DNA from: Octopus sinensis
Taxonomy: Eukaryota
DNA length: 64,000 nt
Assembly (NCBI RefSeq): GCF_006345805.1
Contig: NC_043005.1
Coordinates: 94,674,001 to 94,738,000 of the forward strand
Direction of reading: 5' to 3'
Below are positions 52,443 to 64,000 of the stretch, one piece after another (position 1 is the stretch's first letter; every line of letters starts with the position of its first letter). Under the pieces are notes generated by a model, which saw only the letters and a program-made list of their open reading frames with translations, did not search any database and had not been told where the DNA came from. The translations under genes and the position numbers were made by a program.

Positions 52443-53267
52443 AAAGTAACTCTCTATTTTAAAATACTTATAATTTATTTATTAACAATAATGTTTTTCT
52501 CAAATTTATTGCGTATGTTCTTTAAGGTATGGAAATTAATTCTATGTTGTTTTTTTTTCAGATCGATTATTTTGTTTGAAATTTAGTAGCCCTACAAACA
52601 TGATCTGATCTCTTTAAGAATATCCTCTGAAGTGATGAAGCGCTATTCCACTTCGGTAGGTCTCTGAACCGTCACAACTGCCACTACTGGGCAGGAGAAG
52701 ATCCTCGTATTACCTCTGAAAAAATTCAGAATCGGCACAAAGTAACGGTATGGTGTGGAATGACTTTGGACAGGATTGTGGGTCCTTTCATCCTTTGCAA
52801 TACCATGAATGCTGAAAGGTACCTCCATGCTGCAAGATGAAATCTGATCGGTTATCAGTACTTGGGAGAATATTGAAGATTTGATTTTTACGCAAGATGG
52901 CGCTCCTCCACATTTTGCTATTGTTCGTGAATGGCTGAATGCCCGCTTCTCTGGGAGATGGATGGGTCGTCGAGGTCCGAATGCGACTTCTTTCTTTGGG
53001 GTCGGTTAAAGGATCAAGTCTGCTCTATCAAACCAACGACTTTGGAAGAACTTGAAGGGTGAATACGAGAAGTTATGTTTTCCAAAATCAGTTGATACGG
53101 TTCCTGGGTGGCTTGAGAAGCTCTGTGGCGAATACTGGTGTCTATATCGAATTTAAATAAAATTCCATGCCATACGCTTTCTTAACATATTCATTTTTTC
53201 TAAAAATTATAGTTAATAAATAAATTATAAGTATTTTAAAATAGGGAGATACTTTTCAATCACCTTG
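52431..53267 (+). mobile_element. Internally deleted Tc1/mariner-superfamily transposon (DD41D-like by motif) with 56-bp TIRs
   Basis: TIRs 52431-52486 and 53212-53267 with 3 mismatches, TA on the right; relic KVTVWCG..IVGPF..FTQDGAPPHF..VREWLNARFSGRWMGRRGP..CDFFLWG. Confidence 0.88.
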
Positions 53268-53734
53268 TAATATTATCAATGATAGAGGGCATAGCATTCC
53301 GGAAAGATGAAAGGAAATGTCGACGTCGGCACAGTTTGAACCTAAAGGAATGAGACTAAATACTTACGCTCGGTTACTTCAGCAACTATTATTTCCTGTG
53401 AGACATGAAGATAATTACTGTATTTCTCTGTTAAGTCCACATATGTGTATATCACATTTAGGCTTCAGAACAAAGTAGAGTAGTTGACAAAGCACTACTT
53501 TGTGCCATTTATCACTTGTTTCAAACAAATGTTGAAATATTATTGTTTAATTTAGTATTATGTGAGAAGCTTAATTTCCTTTGTGTGCCTATTGCGTGAC
53601 GGATTTTCACGCACAAGTACACATTTAAGAAGAGAGAATATTGCTTATAAGACAGAAATCATTGATCTATACCTAGTATTACAACATACCGAATATTCAT
53701 ATAGCTGTAATTACGTGAACACACACACACAGAT

Positions 53735-53754
53735 AGACTGTCAGACAGACAGAC

Positions 53755-53825
<71 letters not shown>

Positions 53826-53830
53826 TAGAT
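53735..53830. repeat. (AGAC)n/(AGAT)n microsatellite
   Basis: Direct reading. Confidence 0.96.
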
Positions 53831-53979
53831 AGTGATTTCTGATTCAGGAACAAATCAAATATTTTGAGGGAGGGGTTTAGTCGAATGCATCAACCTCTCG
53901 TATCTAGTTGACTAGTTCTTTATTTCATCACCTAGAAGGATAAAAGACTAAGTTGACCTTGGCTGGAATTGAAATAATA

Positions 53980-54193
53980 TTGGTTTCAAATTTGGCACGA
54001 GACTACCAATTTCGGAGGAGTGGGTAAATCGATTACATCGACCCCAGTGTTTAACTGGTACTTATTTTATCGACACCGAAAGGATGAAAGGCGAAATCTA
54101 CCTCGGCAGAATTTGAACTCATAGAATAAGGCTAGAAGAAATGCAGCTAAGCATTTTTTATTGCCGTGCTAACGGTTCTGCCAGATCGCCACC
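53980..54193 (-). mobile_element. SINE family B, tail type 2
   Basis: Head, body and tail motifs on the minus strand. Confidence 0.82.
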
Positions 54194-56004
54194 TTACACT
54201 AACTGTTAATAATGACATAAAGAAATAAAGACTTGATGGCTACGGCTTCCTCGTCTTTGATCATAGGTGTGCCTTCTCGCAAAGAGTTCACTTGGGACTA
54301 AAAAATATCAACAGACATAAGCACTTCTGATATTTTTTTATTGGCTTCATAATCTCTTTAGAAGAGGCCACACTGTTAGACCTTTATGGGATCTTCAGAG
54401 CCTTATTGAACGGATCAAGAGAGTACTTAACTGGTAATTTATTTGTCGATCTCCGAAGGGATTACAAGTAAAATCGAGTTGTTTAGTAGAGTGTTGTAAA
54501 CGAGAAAAAATATCGGAATGCATTTTATCCGAGACGCTAACAGCACTGTTAATGCAGTACTTTATGAATTTTCACTCACCAGAGTACATGTATATTTTAC
54601 TCCAGCTACAGGAGCCCCTCTCTCCACTGAATTCAACACCGAGAATCGGTAAGGCGGCAAATTGGCAGAGTCGTTACCGTGGCGGACAAAATGCTTAGCG
54701 GTATGTCGTTCGTCTTTGCGTTCAAATTCCGCCGAGGTCGACTAAATCTTTAATATTTCTTAATATGACGGGCAGAAAGTAAATAAGAATTTTTTACGGA
54801 AAATAAAGAATTGTAAGGGTTGAAACGAAATTTTGTCAGTGAACCAACGAATCAGTATCGAAGAAACCAGAAAAAACCGTTGACAAAAGAAATACACGAA
54901 GTAAATAAGGAATTTTTAGGGAAATTAAGTAAGTGAAATTTAAGTGAAATTTTTTAAGTTACTTCTGTCAGTAAATTATGAACTTATTCTTATCAGTAAT
55001 TCTGTTAAAAACAAAATAAAAAATATAAAAAAAAAAAAAAACAAAACACGAAACGTTGCAAAAGTAAATAAGAAATTTGTAGGCAAATTTCACGAAGTGT
55101 ACGGATTGCAAACTGATTTAATTTCTACCAGCACTGACTTCAAGTAATTGCAGCCAATAACTCAGGCTCCTTTTATTGAGCCTTGTCGCAGTTAATTTAT
55201 TTTTGTTTCAGCGTCTGGCTTGTGTCTTTGAAGTGCCCCGTGTCAAAAAATGTCATTCGTAGCAAATGTTCTCTTGAGATTGTTCACACATGCGTGACTC
55301 GGGTTCAGAAGTTACAGCCTGAGTTATCTATAATCGTAAAATTTAAAAGGAATTCAAATTCAATGTTTTCTTGAAACAATAAATCAGAAGGGAATAAACA
55401 TATCAGGATACTTTACTGTTTCATCAGCGGAATTTTTATCAGGATATCTACTATGATATAGAAACCTGTGACATATCTCTAGCACAGATACGTTCAATAT
55501 TCTTTATGAAATACTTTAAAAGAGTGCTCGAATAATTATGAATAACATTAAAAATATAATTTTCACTCACCTAAATTAAATTAGCCTGAATAAAAATTAT
55601 ACGAATAAATACTATTCACACTTTCACAAATCGGTTGACAGAGTGCTCAATAAATCAGAGATAGAGCAAGTAATATGAGGTATAAATACAGCTAAAAGGA
55701 AAAGGCATTTTGATGTGTAATTAAAATAGAATCGTATATTCTAGATCGGTTCCGAATTCAATCGTGTTTCTAGAACATATCACACAATAAAAAATATATG
55801 AGCACGCGATGCCTTCATCAATGGGTCGGGAAAGAGGTTGATATGAAAAGTTTACTGTTTATATACATCGTGATGCAGAATCCAGTAATATATGGACATT
55901 TTCGAAATATCAATAAACAATTACGTTCACTTTGCTTTCTAAAGATATTACAAGCTTGCTTGAATCACTGAAATCGACATAAAAACGTATATGAGTATGT
56001 GTGT

Positions 56005-56037
<33 letters not shown>

Positions 56038-56092
56038 CACACACACATACATATATATATGTATGTATATATAAAAGAATACAAAAAATGGG

Positions 56093-56142
<50 letters not shown>

Positions 56143-56249
56143 GTGTGTGTGTGCATATGCACATGTAAATATATTCATACCCGAAGCATGTATGTGTATA
56201 TATATGTATGTATATATATATGTGTATGTATGTATATATATATATATAA

Positions 56250-56291
<42 letters not shown>

Positions 56292-56785
56292 TATATGTAT
56301 ATATATATATTATATATATATATATATATACACACACAGAGATACATACATATTTACACACAAACACACCCACATACGTTTGTGTTTGTGTATATATAAG
56401 AAAACACATGCATATTTTTATATATATATGTGTGTATGCATGTATGATACATATATACATAAACGTACACATACACATATTTATATTGCCATTCGGTAAT
56501 TCTCTTCTGTTTAGTGAAAACGTGTTATTTATTGTTATATATTTTCGAACATATTAGACATGAAAAGCGTGATCATGTTTATACCGTTAGCCATCTTATT
56601 TAGTCATCTACACACAACGCGCGCGCGCAGACACATACACACACGCGCGCGCTCAAACACCTATTCACTCACACACAACACATATATTCACACACCCACA
56701 CCTACACACTCCCACACATATATTTATATATATGCATACATGCCTGCATATACACATGTATGTATATATATATACATACGGTTAT

Positions 56786-56829
<44 letters not shown>

Positions 56830-57102
56830 TATACACATATATACAGACACATAAATTCATATATGTTATGTTCGTCTGTGGTTTATTGGTGTGTTATACG
56901 AGGAACAGCTCTTTCAGACATGTGGAGAAAACACATCTAATTGCTAGTTTCCACTTTTATTATCAAAGAGATTTTAGCTTTCATATTTTCGAATTTCTTT
57001 GCATTTATTTTGACACAGAAAAGTTTTAAAACAATTGCTTTCTTATGTAGATCTTCAATAGTCTCATTTTTAGAATGTGGTGATGCTGGTTCTTGTGGTT
57101 AC

Positions 57103-57155
57103 CTCAGTGTAGTAAGAGTCAGGGGCAATGCCACTAGGGTAAGCGATATCGCCAT
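57103..57155 (-). CDS. Candidate first coding exon with a hydrophobic, signal-peptide-like start (MAISLTLVALPLTLTTL)
   Basis: ATAATGG start context with in-frame stops upstream; AG|GTAACC donor in phase 2, matching the acceptor at 52266; could be chance. Confidence 0.2.
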
Positions 57156-58736
57156 TATATCCTTTGGGTCTCTACGTCATCATTCAGATGTTGATTTTTG
57201 TTTAGACTACTGTGATGTCCGCACCAGTCTAGATGGTCATGCCTTCCATAGAAAGGCAGCTACATAAACCAGTATCCTATCATTCAGAAGATAACTTTAT
57301 AAATGTATAGAAATTTTCCTAATGTATTTGAGAAATGTATTATTGCAGCAATCTGCATGGAACTCATCAAAATATGGATAAATCTTCATAGAAAAGATCA
57401 ATACAGAACACAATCGTGTTTTCAATATGTCCCTCTGTCTCTCTCTGCATCTCTCTATCTGTCTGTCTCTCTTTCTCTCGCTCTCTCTCTCTCTCTCTCA
57501 CTCTATCTATCTATCTCACACACACATACACACACGCAAACACGCACGCGCGCACACATCTTTCTATCATTGTTAACTTTGGCACACTCTTGTTATAAGA
57601 TTGATCTACAGTTGTTGTTTCCATTTTGTTTCCTTGATCTCCGTCCTCACTTTGTATAATTAATAACTTTGTTCAGTAATATATATTCTTAATCACTCTT
57701 TATCATCGCTATCGAACACAACTAAAAAATTATTCGAAAATCATAAAAAATATTCAATTAACATCCGTACTGCCCTTTCTGTAACATCTATTCGTTATTG
57801 TTTCCTTCACACCCCCACACATAGCCCCATATATCTCAGATCCACCTTGAAGTAATTACTAGTTAACATTAATTAATCCAGCAACAAAGAGCTGGAATTA
57901 ATAAGAAACTTAAAGGAACGCCCAAACAACATAATAACCATCATCACATTCTCTATTGAAAATCAGTATGGTTTCGACACCAAGCAGTACCTTTCAATCC
58001 AATGGTGTCAACAATGTCAAAAATATTTAAATGCTGCTGGGGAATTATTAGAAGTAATGACAAAATCATGCAAATGTACTTGCGATGAAAGAACTTTCCC
58101 ACAACACTTAAGACTAGACATACATTAGCAAACAAACAAGTTTAGAAACATTAAGTGTTTCTCCTCATCCAAGAGCAAAAAATAATTTGAAGGAATAAAT
58201 TGAGAGTAAACTCGTGATTATTAAACCAATCTACTAATGAATGCTAAACGGAATAAAATAAAGTGGAAAGCAAATATTACACAAATGTTAATTAAACATT
58301 AAAGTAACGGAAAATTACGATTAGTTGTGGTAATAAACGAATGCTTTCAGTTGGATGTGGTGGTGACTTGTTCAGTTCTTCATTCTTGATGAAGGAAGTG
58401 ACATGTTGTACATCATTCTCGTGGATGGAATGAGATGTTAAAGATCGTATCAATCACTCGCATGGCTATCTTGGATGGGTTAGTGATGAAGCGCGTTTTC
58501 TACAGAGGTAGTCAGCATACGATTGGTGGAATTTTGACCAGTTAATTGGCTTGAAGGACCAAATAGTTCAACGGGCAGAGGTTATTGTGTAGAGTGGGTT
58601 GCTTTGATTAGTTACTGGTCACACGACTTATTACTTAATCAAGATAACTCTGCCGACATTAATGATTTCGGTGGCAGAATAAAGGTTTCACGTTGAGACG
58701 AGGGTATTTCGCTACTTTTCTCTCTTTATGTGTATA

Positions 58737-59129
58737 CTAGCAGTATCGCCCGGCGTTGCTCGGGTTTGTTTCGACCCTTTAGAATTGGAAGTTTTGGAAA
58801 GTAAAAATTTTGCATTATGTAGCTTGTTATTCTCTTTAAGTGAACATTTTTCTGGTTGAAAAACACCGAAAAATGGCGACACAGCAGTCAAAAAATCGTA
58901 AAAAATAGGGATTTTCATAGTAAAGAGGCTCCTTTTTAATGTAAATAATTTTTGGTGTTAACATGGTCCGATTTGAATTTTTTCTTCTACGGAAAGGAAG
59001 AGCAAGCCTTCTTCTATCATACTCTCAATCTTGGTCAACTTGCGCCGCAGGGTCTCGGAGGAGATAGTGTTAGTTGAAGGCTACCAAACCTGCCATACAC
59101 AGACAACTTCAGCTTTAAATAGAGAGAGA
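58737..59129 (-). mobile_element. Non-autonomous Helitron (family H1), uninterrupted
   Basis: A|TC start, subterminal CCCGAGCAACGCCGGG hairpin, CTAG|T end; colinear with 35905-36629 minus the SINE. Confidence 0.88.
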
Positions 59130-60315
59130 TTGTATGATGAACGCATCTTTGGTTATTTTCACGTAGATTATTACTAAGCTGTGTATCTATACTTTGATGT
59201 TGCGGTTGAATAACAGAGAGACATGTTCATCTCCTATCTCTTCTTATTCATTTTGTCATTACTTTATATTGTCTTATTTCTCGGGATTACCCGGATCTCT
59301 GGAAATAGGAGTTAGCGGTTAATATGGAAATAAACCGTTATGAAACAAATGAACTGCTGTTTGGCAATGCATAGCATCCGATAGCCACTTTGGTTAGGAT
59401 AATAATTGAAGCTGTGGAAGCTGCATAGTGGCGAGTCATCCACGGACCAGCGATGACATTCAGACGATGCTGGATACAGCAACCTTGGTGAGACCAACAA
59501 CCAGAATCATCCACAAATGCAAATTACTCCTAATGTCTGTAATCCTGGTGAACATAGACATTAGCCAACGTACCAATCAATGACTCACAAACCCGTGCAG
59601 GCTCGACCAGATGTCACTACTTCAGTCATGTTTTCTTCTCCTTACAGTACAACACATTGATTTTGCTTAGAACTAGGATCTTTTACTGTAACGATCCCGT
59701 AGGGAAATAATGCAATTTCGCCTCCTGTGGGATTTGAACTCAGAGCATAACGTAACGCAGCTAAATATCGTAAGGTATTTTGCTAAATATTTTACCAATT
59801 TTGTTGATATTTAAAAATACTGGAAAATATTAAAACAAAACATGAAAAACTGTTGCAATAAAAATTTTGCCAATTTCTGTGCAGGAATGGGAGAAGAGTA
59901 AAAAACAAACAGACAACATTTATGTTCTTTTTTCTTTCTTTTGTTAATTGACATAAAAACGAAAGACTGGCTGTTAGAATATTGACTCTAATGTTCTGTA
60001 TATATATTCCCCAAAGCATAATCTCATATGTTAAGACTACACAAGTGGGGTTTTTCCTTTTGTACGTTATCTGTAAAATACACAATAAATTAGTCATAAA
60101 GAATATATAGCACACAGACATACCAACATACACACATAGAATGGAATAGTGCACGAGTAAATTCTTATGAAATTGGCTTTGTCTCCGGCTATGTTTAACA
60201 AGAACATCGCCGACGGAAGGTTTAAAATAGTAATGATCCACTTCTACACTATACTACAAGGATCGGTAGACCCAATTGTTTGCATGTCCAGCTAAAAGCG
60301 TTGACAGAAGATAAA

Positions 60316-60580
60316 CTGTTGTGCCTGGGGAGAGTCATTTTCTTTTTGTGCCTTATAGTGTAACACACTCACCGGTAAAATTTCCACTTGTTTCTTATTT
60401 TTATTTTCCTAAAATTTTCGTTGCGTCTTGTAACCTTTTCAATAGTTTTGACTCTCAAAAGGTTGCAAGACGCAACGAAAATTTTAGGAAAATAAAAATA
60501 AGAAACAAGTGGAAATTTTACCGGTGAGTGTGTTACATAATAAGGCACAAAAAGAAAATGACTCTCCCCAGACACAACAG
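60316..60580. repeat. 265-bp near-perfect palindrome (foldback/MITE-like)
   Basis: Arms of about 125 bp (CTGTTGTGCCTGGGG.. / ..CCCCAGACACAACAG) with a handful of mismatches and a loop of about 15 bp. Confidence 0.92.
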
Positions 60581-61082
60581 AATATGCTTCAACACACGAA
60601 CTCATATAAAGAATCTTGCAAACCAAAAAAGAAGAGAAACAGAAGCGCAAAAAAAGCGTGATGAGGTGGCTTATACTACAGCAGAAATGACAGGGATTAT
60701 ACAAACGATGCAATACACACGGGCGGGATTGGGACGGAGTCGGAAAAATGGATATGCTTCCACAATAATAATTGTGAATAAAGAAATGTATGATACAAAA
60801 GGGGAGGAGCTGGTGACGAAAGCACTTAGATTAGGAAGTCAATGTGTAAGGAGAGCATAAGAGGTGACCGAGAAAGGGAAACTATCGTGGAGAATGGTGT
60901 CTAAATGGAGCCAACTAAGTAGCAACATTCACTCTCTCTCACACACACGCGCGCGCACACGCTCACACGCACACATACACACACGCACGCCCCCACCCCA
61001 CAAGAATCTATGTATATTTATAATAGAATGAAAGGATACACAGGCAAACGACTGGGATTTGGGTCAGATGATGGTTTTTATA

Positions 61083-61599
61083 TCTATATATATAAAACTG
61101 TAGTTGTGTGAGTGTCTGTCCCCTTCGATTTAGATTCCTAACTCCTCCCACATTTTGCGGTGCAGTTTAACCAAATTCGGGTATCTTATAGTCGTGATTA
61201 ATTTCGAGCCCGTCTGGCTATTAGCGCGCGTCTACGATGAGTCTACGATTTTTAAAATAATTTAACATCATTTTTTATTCCATTTTAATGCATAATTTTT
61301 CGTGTGTCGATGGCGGCGGAGTTGGCGTCCACGCTCAAACACCTGCACCTGTGTTTGCTTCTCCCCCTTCTTCCCTCCTTCGTGAAGCTGTGGGGAAGGG
61401 AGTGTAAAGAAATCAACGTCGTAAAGCGTTGTCAAGGAGACCAGCGTTCTTTTAGAACAACGACTTCATGGCTTGAAGACACCAAAACAGAAATGGCTAA
61501 GAAAGCCCGAATTGGCATCTATAAGGGAAGTAACTCTCTAAAAATGCTTATATAGTTATTTCCCTTACAAGCCCGAGCAACGCCGGGCGATACTGCTAG
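61083..61599 (+). mobile_element. Non-autonomous Helitron (family H2), unit 1
   Basis: A|TCTATATATATAAAACTG start; same hairpin + CGATACTGCTAG end as H1. Confidence 0.88.
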
Positions 61600-61999
61600 T
61601 CTTTATATATAAAAGTGAAGTTGTGTGTCTGTCTCCTACGATTTAGATTCCTAACTACTCCCACATTTTGCGGTGCAGTTTAACCAAAACAGGGTATCTT
61701 ATAGACGTGATTCATATCGAACCCTTCTGGGTATTAGCGCGCGTCTACGATGAGTCAACGATTTAAAAAAAAATTACCATCATTTTTCTTTCCATTTTAA
61801 TGCATTTTTTCGCTATTATATAAGGGAAGTAACTCTCTAAAAATGTCTACGATGAGTCAACGATTTAAAAAAAAAACTTACCATCATTTTTTTTCCATTT
61901 TTAATGCGTTTTTTTGCTGTTTTTTGGCTATAACTCTCTAAAAATGCTTATATAGTTATTTCCCTTACAAACCCGAGCAACGCCGGGCGATACTGCTAG
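61600..61999 (+). mobile_element. Non-autonomous Helitron (family H2), unit 2, fused directly to unit 1
   Basis: TCTTTATATATAAAAGTG start immediately after CTAG; internal repeat of about 100 bp; ends hairpin + CTAG|T. Confidence 0.88.
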
Positions 62000-62284
62000 T
62001 ATTATATAAATCAAATCTAGGAGAATTCAATATAAACAAGAGTTTACTATATTTATACAACATATATATTTGAGGGAAACAAATACGTAAAGGAGAATAA
62101 ATCACAAGAGATCAGTAAAAGTTGCACCAAGGGATGTCCATCCTGGTTGCGATATCTGTTGGTATACGCCAGAAGAAGACATAAGGTTATGTCCATAGTG
62201 CTGATAACATAGTTATCACAGGTAAAAGCTTAAAACTGAAAGAGAAGGAAGAAGGCATGCAGATATACATGCATACAAAGGTAT

Positions 62285-62514
62285 GCGGCGAGCTGGCAGA
62301 AACGTTAGCACGCTGGGCGAAATGCTTACCGGTATCTCGTCTGCAGCTACGTTCTGAGTTCAAATTCCGCCGAGGTCGACTTTGCCTTTCATCCATTCGG
62401 GGTCGATTAAATAAGTACCAGTTACGCACTGGGGTCGATGTAATCGACTTAATCCGTTTGTCTGTCCTTGTTTGTCCTCTCTGTGTTTAGCCCCTTGTGG
62501 GTAGTAAAGAAATA
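62285..62514 (+). mobile_element. SINE family B, tail type 1 (Tx1-like 3' end), full length
   Basis: tRNA-like head, GAGTTCAAATTCC B box, body GCCTTTCATCC..GGGGTCGA..AAGTACC (resembles the MetaSINE central domain from memory; verify); AGGTATGCG at both ends (62279 and 62514). Confidence 0.92.
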
Positions 62515-63312
62515 GGTATGCGTACATACATACATAAGCATGTCGCTTGTCCCCCGGTTAATCATAACTGAGTAAACCTATGATCGTAAGCATTCCATCG
62601 TAATTATCCCAAATTTATCTATGTGCAGGGGGTCCAGAATTTCATTATACAGTGTATCACTTCCCTAGACGTTAGAATAAGACTTGCGATAGATTTGGCT
62701 ACTGTATCTAGCAGGTTGATCGATCACATGTAGGCTCTTGCGTATAACAAGTGCGTATATGTGAAAATATAACAGAATACAATATACTGACAAAGAAACC
62801 ATTAGGGTGCGTCTGTGTGGTTTTTGTGTGTCTGTTTGTGTGTGTGTGTGCGTTGATGGGCGTTTGCGTGTATAAATATGTATGCATGCTTAGGTATCAG
62901 TTTTATCAAATACGATATTAAAGAATCGTTTATAAACGTAATCCGCAAGAAAATCCTACGGCAAGTCATGTCTGCAGTGTAAAATTTGGCAACCATCCTG
63001 ACAGTATTGCTCTCAATTTGTAATTTATTCAAATTCAGCATATTTGTTATCAGAACTATACGCATCACATGAAGAAGTCGAGAGAAATAAAGAGGAGAAA
63101 AATGCTTCCTACAATGTTGATTTCTTCCAAAAATCCATGTATCCAACTATCCATACACATGGTGTTCACGCATTTTTCCTCCCCTTCATTTTTAAAGATG
63201 TTCAGGCGGTGTTATCTCCCTCTCTTTCTTTCTTTCTTTCTTTCTTTATTCATTTACTTATTTCGGTATTTAGTTCCCTACTAAGCACGAGTTCAGGTTA
63301 GATTACAATATA

Positions 63313-63530
63313 TATTTCTTTATTATCCACAAGGGGCTAAACACAGAGGGGACAAACAAGGACAGACAAACGGATTAAGTCAGTGCGTAACTCGTACTTA
63401 ATTTATCGACCCCGAAAGGATGAAAGGCAAAGTCGACCTCGGCGGAATTTGAACTCAGAACGTAGCGGCAGACGAAATACGGCTACGCATTTCATCCGGG
63501 GTGCTAACGTTTCTGCCAGCTCGCCGCCTT
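63313..63530 (-). mobile_element. SINE family B, tail type 1 (Tx1-like 3' end), full length
   Basis: Reverse complement of 62285-62514; tail GTGGATAATAAAGAAATA. Confidence 0.9.
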
Positions 63531-64000
63531 ATTCAGGGTAAATTACAATATATTCCCAGCACTAATGGATGATTACTCGTCGCTTATATTTAGCGATGAA
63601 GAAGCATCTCAATAGAAGTGACGAGAGAGCTCTCCACGTGGTCGGTCGGTCGTTCGGTAGTCCGAACTTGCTGAAATAACAGCCAAATTTCACTCGGATC
63701 AAACCTATACCGTCTAAGAGCTCGTTGGATAATGTGAGTCTTTGATTCCGTGATCTGTGATCACGTCTGAAACACTTTAATTATAAGTCTGTTTAGTCAG
63801 GGCTGTCCTGGTGTTACACGATAGTAACAACATCTATCGAGGCAACGAAGAAGTTTTCTACGTGGTTACACGATCGGTGAGAAATAGGAGACAAATCTTT
63901 CTCAGATCACACCCTCCCATCTTAAAAATGGTGGTATTTTAAGACATTTAAAAAATTATTTTAAATTCTATTTGTTTTCAAACCCAAGTACATTTTCCAT

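Overview
AT-rich, microsatellite-saturated animal DNA, most likely a coleoid cephalopod (Octopus-like). That assignment is inferred from the tRNA-derived SINE families and the microsatellite load, not proven. No host gene can be called with confidence; the window is almost all transposons and simple repeats. The main feature is four copies of an L1/Tx1-clade non-LTR retrotransposon: A 1-2494 (runs off the window edge), B 2509-6576 (internally scrambled), C 40483-46332 (full length) and D 46531-46850 (3' stub). All six element ends visible in the window abut (TCTA)n repeats, which points to a GATA-microsatellite-targeted family. The two copies with 5' ends belong to diverged lineages, yet both keep a GT-AG intron-like segment of 165/166 nt in the 5' UTR, and copy C has a second strong acceptor just before ORF2. 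One SINE subfamily shares about 44 nt of 3' end with this Tx1 element and another shares its tail with a CR1-like LINE. Also present: Tc1/mariner relics, non-autonomous Helitrons (one tandem pair), MITEs, an element embedded in (TAA)n, and a coding-like island at 51.7-52.4 kb whose minus-strand frame is broken only by three TGA codons. All alignments and counts were done by eye; family names need database confirmation. Many frameshifts look like long-read homopolymer errors.
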